Positions 56,416-64,000 of a stretch of 64,000 nt of DNA are shown here, piece after piece. Below the pieces are notes generated by a model. The model was not told where the DNA came from, searched no databases, and was given only the letters and a program-made list of their open reading frames with translations. A program made the position numbers and the translations under genes. Source of the stretch: Eledone cirrhosa (taxonomy: Eukaryota); the NCBI GenBank assembly GCA_964016885.1, contig OZ024751.1, positions 18,786,001 to 18,850,000 of the forward strand, written 5' to 3'. How positions within the stretch are numbered: the first letter of the stretch is position 1; every line of letters starts with the position of its first letter.

Positions 56416-57121
56416 TTATAGAAAAGACATATATCATAAGAGTAGAAGAGAAAGAACTATGATACAATATATTAGATGCCAATAGCCGAAGCGAAGTGTG
56501 CTCAATGCTTAGAGATGCAATGTTAAATATTATAGTCAGGTTAATACTTAACGAGAGTTAAGCGCAGAAGATAGGCAGAGCCGGTATAGTAAAAATAAAT
56601 GGAGGAGAAGGCAATAGGTTTATAAACAAAATTTCCTCCTTACACAGTGTTTCATCGAAGGCATAACACCAATATAACAGGTCTATATGTATGTGCGTAT
56701 GTATGTATATTATTATAAAGATTATCTGCTTAAAATCTTCAGAGAAGAAGGGATAATTATCTTTAATGATGTTGCTGGAGAGCAGTCCAATCTATACAAC
56801 AGCAAACGAATTTTACCACTACTGGTATAATTCCTTCAGAGGAATACTTAGAGGCATATATACGTCGGAGTTCATACCTTAATCAATAATAAGTTTAAAT
56901 GAAAACTAAGTCATAAATATAAAATGACGGTTACAAGGGGGCATAATAATCTAAGGTGTATTTAAAAAAATTTAATTAACATCAAAGATGGATAACGTCG
57001 AGTGCTTTTTCCATATTGCGTCATTATTAATAATGCAGAACGACCAATTCTACCCAGTGGTAAACCACCAAACTTAAACGTGTATGTGTGTGTGTATATA
57101 TGTATATATATATATATATAC

Positions 57122-57750
57122 AGGTTTAAAAATAATAAGAAGAAAGCAAGAACGAGAGGGGGGGGGGGGGGAGTTTTCCTCATCAGTTGTCTGCTGCGGG
57201 TCTCGGATATTTCAACGCATTAAAGACAATATATCTACCCCCAGTGCGTTCAATAACTAGGTAAGTTATTGGCAAAAGGGAGGAGGGGGAAAGGATAATA
57301 TAGGATAACAGAAGGCAAAAGGGAAAAAAAAGAGAGAAAAGAGAAAAAACAGCGAAAAAAACAAAAACGAAAAAAAAAAAAACAGGAAGGTGCTCGCACA
57401 TTCTTCGGTTTGTTGTTTACCGTTTTTTTTTTTCGTTTTGTTTTTTTTTTTTCGCAGTTTTTCTCTTTTCTCTCATTTTTTTCCCTTTTTCCCTTCTGTT
57501 ATCCTATATTTTCCCTTCCTTCCCCTTCATCCGTTTTTCCCAAATAACGTACTTATCTAGTTATTAAACGCACTGGGGGTAGATATATTGTCTTTAATGC
57601 ATTGAAATATCCGAGACCCCCCAGTAGACAACTGATGAATAACCCCCCACCCCACCCATCCCCCACCGCCGTTCTTGATTTTCTTCTTATTCTTATTTTT
57701 AAGCCTACTTAACTAGCAATTACAGAGCCAATGCTCTTCTCCATAATATA
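57122..57750. mobile_element. Older fold-back insert: arms ~57122-57385 / 57418-57706, right tail
   Basis: For example CATTAAAGACAATATATCTACCCCCAGTGCGTT versus AACGCACTGGGGGTAGATATATTGTCTTTAATG; CTGATGA at 57632; (TA)n on the left. Confidence 0.85.
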
Positions 57751-58037
57751 TACTTACACACATTTAAATATATTTCCTTTTATTACTGTATATATGGATG
57801 TAAAAAATATGAAATTTATCGCTTCCACCTATGAAATATTAACTGGTCCCATAGGAGTTTGTACCTCATTGGAGGTTTCTTGGGTATTTTAACAAAAGAG
57901 ACCCCTGTACCGTCATAAAATACAACGGGAAATGAATTCTCAAGAACATTAGAAGCCACGGCCTAGTCCAGGAATTGAAAACACGATTTGGTGATTGTGA
58001 GCCTCAAAAACTTAACCAATAGGGAACGCGCTTTCCA

Positions 58038-58307
58038 CGGGGGTCGATAAAATAAAGTACCAGTAATGCACTAAGTAATTGCTGGCCTTGTGCCTAAAGT
58101 AGAAACAATTATTTGTGGGTGGATTGGCAGTATTGGTAGAGGGTCAGACGCCATGCTTTGACGCATAGAGTTACGGCCCTTGCCATTCTGAGTTCACATC
58201 CCGCCGAGGTTAACTTTGCCTTTCGTCCTTATGGGGTTGATAAAAATAAAGTACCAGTAATACACTGAGTAATTGCTGACCTTGTGCTAAAAGTAGAAAC
58301 AATTATT
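58038..58307 (+). mobile_element. Tandem SINE family A copies (3' part 58038-58112; full copy 58118-58307)
   Basis: Consensus matches; both followed by ATTATTTGTG. Confidence 0.9.
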
Positions 58308-58376
58308 TGTGTATGTATAATGCACGCACGCACACACACATAAATATATATATACAAATACATACATAAATGTATA

Positions 58377-58409
<33 letters not shown>

Positions 58410-58517
58410 AATACACACATATATATAAACATAAAATTATATACACAAACACACACACACATATATGCACACACACACATATACACACATATACACACAT
58501 ATATACACACACCCACC

Positions 58518-58558
<41 letters not shown>

Positions 58559-59416
58559 GTGGAACACTGGAAGGTAATATCTGTAGTGGTAGAGCACTCA
58601 GTCCATGGGACGAGGGGTGGGCTAGAGGTCATGGGAACTATAAGCCTTGTGCGTTCAAGTCCCAGTACCAGTACCAATACATTGTTACCAGTGAGCTTTA
58701 CATAGGGATATTACATCCAATGGAGTCGCAGAATATTCACATCGTCAAACAATTAGTATTAATTTTTAATTTTCAATAATTCTTACAAATTTTTCATTTC
58801 AATACGGCTTAATGATAGCATATTGTTCGGTAGAGTTTGGGATTTGATTTGTTTAGTGAAGTAATACAGAAGGCATACATGTGGTGGTGGTGGTGGTGGT
58901 AGTGGTGGTAGTGTGTGGTGGTGGTGTGTGGTGGTGGTGGTGGTGGTGGTAGTGGTGATTGTTGTGGTAGTGGTGGTAGTGTGTGGTGGTGGCGGTGGTG
59001 GTTGTGGTGGTAGTGGTGGTGGTGGTTGTTATCGTGGTAGCGGTGGTGGTGGTGGTGCTTGCTGGTGGTGGTATTGGTGGTGGTACTGGTGGTGGTGGTG
59101 GTAGTTGTGGTGGTAGTGGGTGGTGGTGGTGGTGGTGGTTGTGGTGGTAGTGGTGGTGGTGGTTGTGGTACTGGTGGTGGTAGTGGTGGTAGTGTGTGGT
59201 AGTGTGTGGTAATGGTGGTGGTGGTGGTGGTGGTGGTGGTTTCGGTGGAGGTGGTTGTGGTGGTGGTGGTGGTAGTGGTGGTGGTGGTGGTGATTTTGGT
59301 TGTGGTGGTGGTGGTGGTTGTGGTGGTAGTGGTGGTTGTGGCGGTAGTGGTGTTGGTGGTGGTTATCGTGGTAGTGGTGGTGGAGGTGGTAGTGGTGGTG
59401 GTGGTTGAGGCGTTGG

Positions 59417-59616
59417 NNNNNNNNNNNNNNNNNNNNNNNNNNNNNNNNNNNNNNNNNNNNNNNNNNNNNNNNNNNNNNNNNNNNNNNNNNNNNNNNNNNN
59501 NNNNNNNNNNNNNNNNNNNNNNNNNNNNNNNNNNNNNNNNNNNNNNNNNNNNNNNNNNNNNNNNNNNNNNNNNNNNNNNNNNNNNNNNNNNNNNNNNNNN
59601 NNNNNNNNNNNNNNNN
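59417..59616. other. Assembly gap (200 N)
   Basis: N run after a GGT array; sequence on the two sides need not be adjacent. Confidence 0.99.
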
Positions 59617-60459
59617 TGTGTTTCTGTGCATGCGTGCCCATTTATGAATGCACATTAGAATGACTTTTTATGAATTTAGAATATTAGATAAGACGCATAT
59701 ATTTTCCTTAAACTCTTGCAAATATAAGTGTAACATATTTTTATATATTGCTACAAAGTCGTACAAAACATAAAAAGAACACACATACATGCATAGATAG
59801 ATTCTCACACATATATATGTGCATGTATGTATGCAGACACAGAAACAGGTATTTTAAAGTGATTTACTCCAAAATGTAATCGTATATAGAAAATTTAGGA
59901 TCATATATATATATACGCATACCCATATTCCTACACCTATACACCTATCTAAATATCTATCTATTTATCTCTCGGTCTCACACACACACACACACACACA
60001 CCACACACATGAATATATATTCACAAAGACACACATATCTTCATATATATTTTGAAAAAAAAAATTAAGAGATGTGGAGGGAAATGTTGTTGAATTGTCA
60101 CAAGCTCTTACTGAAAAGATTTTGTTTCCTTCTACAACATCAACAAGAACAGCAATATGAACAAACTAAACAAACCGCCCCAAATAATAATTTTTTTTTA
60201 AATTGAAAATAACAGTCGAGAATATTCTTCATATCTGCCACAAAAATTACAATACAACTGCATCTGTAATGTCGCTCATACTAAAAGAAATATATGAAGA
60301 AGTGTAGAAAGAGTTGGTGTGAAAATGTTGTATGAAAAAATATAAAATAAAACTTTGGATCTTCCCGAAGTCTTTAAGCATCTCTTTCTCATAGCTTCCG
60401 TCAGTTTTCTCAGTTTTGTCATGGATGATTATATATATGTGTATGTATAAATACATATT

Positions 60460-60491
<32 letters not shown>

Positions 60492-60628
60492 TTTTATATA
60501 TCTGTATTAACATATATATATATATATATATTATATGTATATTATATATATTTATGAACACCCCCCCCCCACACACACACATACATATATATATCGAATA
60601 AACTAGAAAAACACAGATGTAAAAGAGG

Positions 60629-60662
<34 letters not shown>

Positions 60663-60897
60663 CGTTCATGAGTGTGTGTATGTCTGTGTACATTTCATTT
60701 GTGTTTTTCCACAAAACAGCGCCGACTCTACTAAGCAATTTTTCTCACCTTTTTAATGATTTTACGAACTTTCAATTTTTTTTTTCGGCTGAATACATAT
60801 AAATATATTTATGTTAATTTTATTATATTTTTATACCATTTCTCTAGACACATATTTAAATATATTTTAATATGTACCTTTTAATATTTATATATAC

Positions 60898-60968
<71 letters not shown>

Positions 60969-61194
60969 TGTGTGTGCGTGTGTGTGTGCGTGTGTGCGTG
61001 TGTGTTATTGGACGTCTTTATATTTTATTTCTTTTAATATTTTTTTATTCTATTTCGTCTCATTATTTCATCGCAGTGGTGAGATGTTACCCAAAATATT
61101 TTTTTCTAAATGGAGAGAAAAACATTACCATTTTAAATGTAAATATATGAGTGTTTAAATGCATATAGATAGATAAACACATATGTACATACAT

Positions 61195-61245
<51 letters not shown>

Positions 61246-61335
61246 GATAGATAGATTCTCACACATATATGTGTGCATGTATGTATGTATGCAGACACAG
61301 TAACAGGCATTTTACATCTGTACATACATACATAT

Positions 61336-61377
<42 letters not shown>

Positions 61378-61748
61378 ATGTATATAGATGTATTGATGTA
61401 TATATATATATATATGCATCTATGTCTGTATAGCCAGGAAGTCTAGAAGTATATGCTATCCGTATGATAAGCAGCTAAATTGTACCTTAGCGTTAAAAAA
61501 TGTTTTCTCAAGTATTTTGGAAGTGATTTCCACAATAGAAGATATTTTGAAATACTCTCTCATATACATACTCTTTTGTCCTCTGCCATCTACAAATCAT
61601 CGTTTTTCTACACATGAACACACGCATATACACACACTCTCAAACACACACATACATGTCAAGGTATTTATATATGTATGTATGCACATATATATGTATA
61701 TGCACGCACACCCATCCACACACATATATACGTGTGTGTGAGAGGGCA

Positions 61749-61804
<56 letters not shown>

Positions 61805-61888
61805 TGCATATATATATATATATATTATATACTGCATATATATATATATATATATATTATATACTGCATCGTATATATATACTGCAAA

Positions 61889-62073
61889 CGGTGGATTGGC
61901 AGTATCGGTAGAGGGTCGGACGCCTTGCTTTCCAGCATAGTTACGTCCCTTTACGATCTGAGTTCAAATCCCACCGAGGTTGACTTTGCCTTTCATCCTT
62001 ACGGTGTCGATAAATTAAAGTACCAGTAATGCACTGGGTAATTGCTGGCCTTGTGTCTAAAGTAGAAACAATT
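61889..62073 (+). mobile_element. SINE family A, full length, with TSD
   Basis: Flanked by TATATACTGCA. Confidence 0.92.
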
Positions 62074-62079
62074 ATATAC

Positions 62080-62117
<38 letters not shown>

Positions 62118-62201
62118 AAGGTTAAACAAGGTTCAATGAATAAATCAAAGAATGAGTTTACACTTGATGACAAGAAGTTCTATTTTTGTTAATATTTTGA
62201 A

Positions 62202-62245
<44 letters not shown>

Positions 62246-63368
62246 TGTATATATTATATATAAATGTGTGTGCGTGTATTTGTTTGTCGCTCTCTCTTTC
62301 TCCATCCCTCAAAATTTCTCTGTCACCCTCCTCTCCCCTCTCTCTCTGTCTCGAAGTTAACTTATTCCTTAGTTTTCTAGTTATGCCTAATGTCACCCTG
62401 TTTGCCTAACTGTCACCCTCTTTGTCTAACTGTCACCTTCTTTGTCTAAATGTCACCTAGTGTAGCTTAAGATATCCTCCACGCCATTTTATTTTTTGTT
62501 CATCACTTATTAATGGCGGATTTTCTACTCAGCGGAAGAAAGACTTTTCATTATTTTGTCCTTTAAAATCCATCCCAGTCCTGTGTATCCTGGAACCCAA
62601 GATATGGCATTGTTTAAACCAGGTAGTCACACTAGACAATATAATAGACAGATGCTCCTATTGAAGCTTACCAAGAGATGATACTCGTGTACACACACAC
62701 ACACGCACACACACACAGGCTCGTTGTTGTTGTTATGATTGTTCTGGTTATTCTCACTCATTCTGTTGTAGTTGTAGTTGATGCTGCTGCTACTGTTGTT
62801 GTTGACTTTATTGTTGTTGTTGTTGATGTCGTTGTAGTTGATGATGCTGTTGTTGTTGTTGTTGTTGACTTTGTTGTTGCTGTTGTTGTTGACTTTATTG
62901 TTGTTGTTGATGTCTTTGTTGTAGTTGATGATGTTGCTGCTGTTGTTGTTTTTGTTGACTTTGTTGTTGCTGATATCGTTGTTGTTGTTGACTTTGTTGT
63001 TGCTGATGTCGTTGTTGTTGCTGTTGTTGTTGTTTATAGCTGCTTCGTCATGTCAGTGAAGGTTGTTCTTTAACCCCAGGTGAGGTCTACAGTCATATTT
63101 GCAATATGTCAATTTGGTCCAATTTGGTAAAGTGATGTTCTCATTTCTCTCTCTTTATCTATATATTTCTTTCTCTCAGTTCTCTCTCTCTCTTCCAGTG
63201 TCGCTGTTCCACTCCCCCTCTCCCTCTCTCTTTATCTCCCTTTATCTCTCTCCATTTCTCTCTATTGCTCTCCATTTCTTTCTCTTTCCATCTCTGGCCC
63301 TCTATGATTTTTCTCCCTCAATTTCTCCTCATCTCTCTCTCTCTCGCTTTTTCCATCTCCATTTCTCT

Positions 63369-63421
<53 letters not shown>

Positions 63422-63787
63422 CCTCTATTCCTCTCCCATCCCTTTCTTCTCTTAGTCTCTCTTCTTTCCTCTTTCCATCTCAAAGAATTCTTCTGTCAAC
63501 CAGTAAGACGTGTGAAGAGGACAAAAAGACAGCATTTGTTTTAGAGACTAAAAAACAGCCTGGATTAATTCATTGTTCGAGTGATCCGCCATTTTGTCAG
63601 AAGGAGAAGAAAGGATGAAAACAAGAAAAAAATTCCATTCGTGTTTAGTACTGCATATATTCGTACAGACATTTGTATTTGTGATGGTGACACTCAGACA
63701 GAAGCAAACATACACCCACACACACATATATATATATATATATGTGTATTATGTTTTTCTGTGTGTAAGTGTACATGTGTGTGTGTG

Positions 63788-63931
<144 letters not shown>

Positions 63932-64000
63932 CGGAGGCTCACCTATACTAGCATAGATACGTATATATTGTACTCTTGCATACGTGTAGGCATATATGTG

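Noticed and set aside
59790-61320. ~65 bp direct duplication (59792 and 61242)
   Set aside because: Short, low-complexity and next to an assembly gap; no evidence for LTRs

Overview
Eukaryotic, AT-rich, microsatellite-saturated, essentially non-genic DNA. The repeat content suggests an octopod cephalopod, which is an inference. Nearly all listed ORFs are translations of (TA)n, (CA)n, (GA)n or (ACC)n arrays. The only recognisable coding sequences are retroelement pieces. These are a 5'-truncated, single-frameshift Penelope-like element (PLE; RT C-half plus C-terminal GIY-YIG, Hydra-clade-like) at 36041-37323 between ~1.13-kb inverted arms, an RTE LINE 3' end, and two L1/Tx1-like 3' ends. About 18 copies or fragments of one tRNA-derived SINE are present. 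The main hidden signal is a population of about a dozen short non-coding fold-back (head-to-head palindromic) inserts, from several unrelated sequence families, sitting in (TA)n tracts. Each has two inverted arms plus a one-sided tail, and many carry type-I hammerhead ribozyme motifs, often followed by AATAAA. One family also has an unfolded copy lying behind a CCAAT/CCAAT/TATA promoter whose predicted start site coincides with the fold point of the palindromic copy. Several promoter-like islands are also visible (CTCF/CCAAT/ETS; four co-oriented YY1 motifs). All folds and alignments were done by eye, and coordinates are approximate to a few bases.
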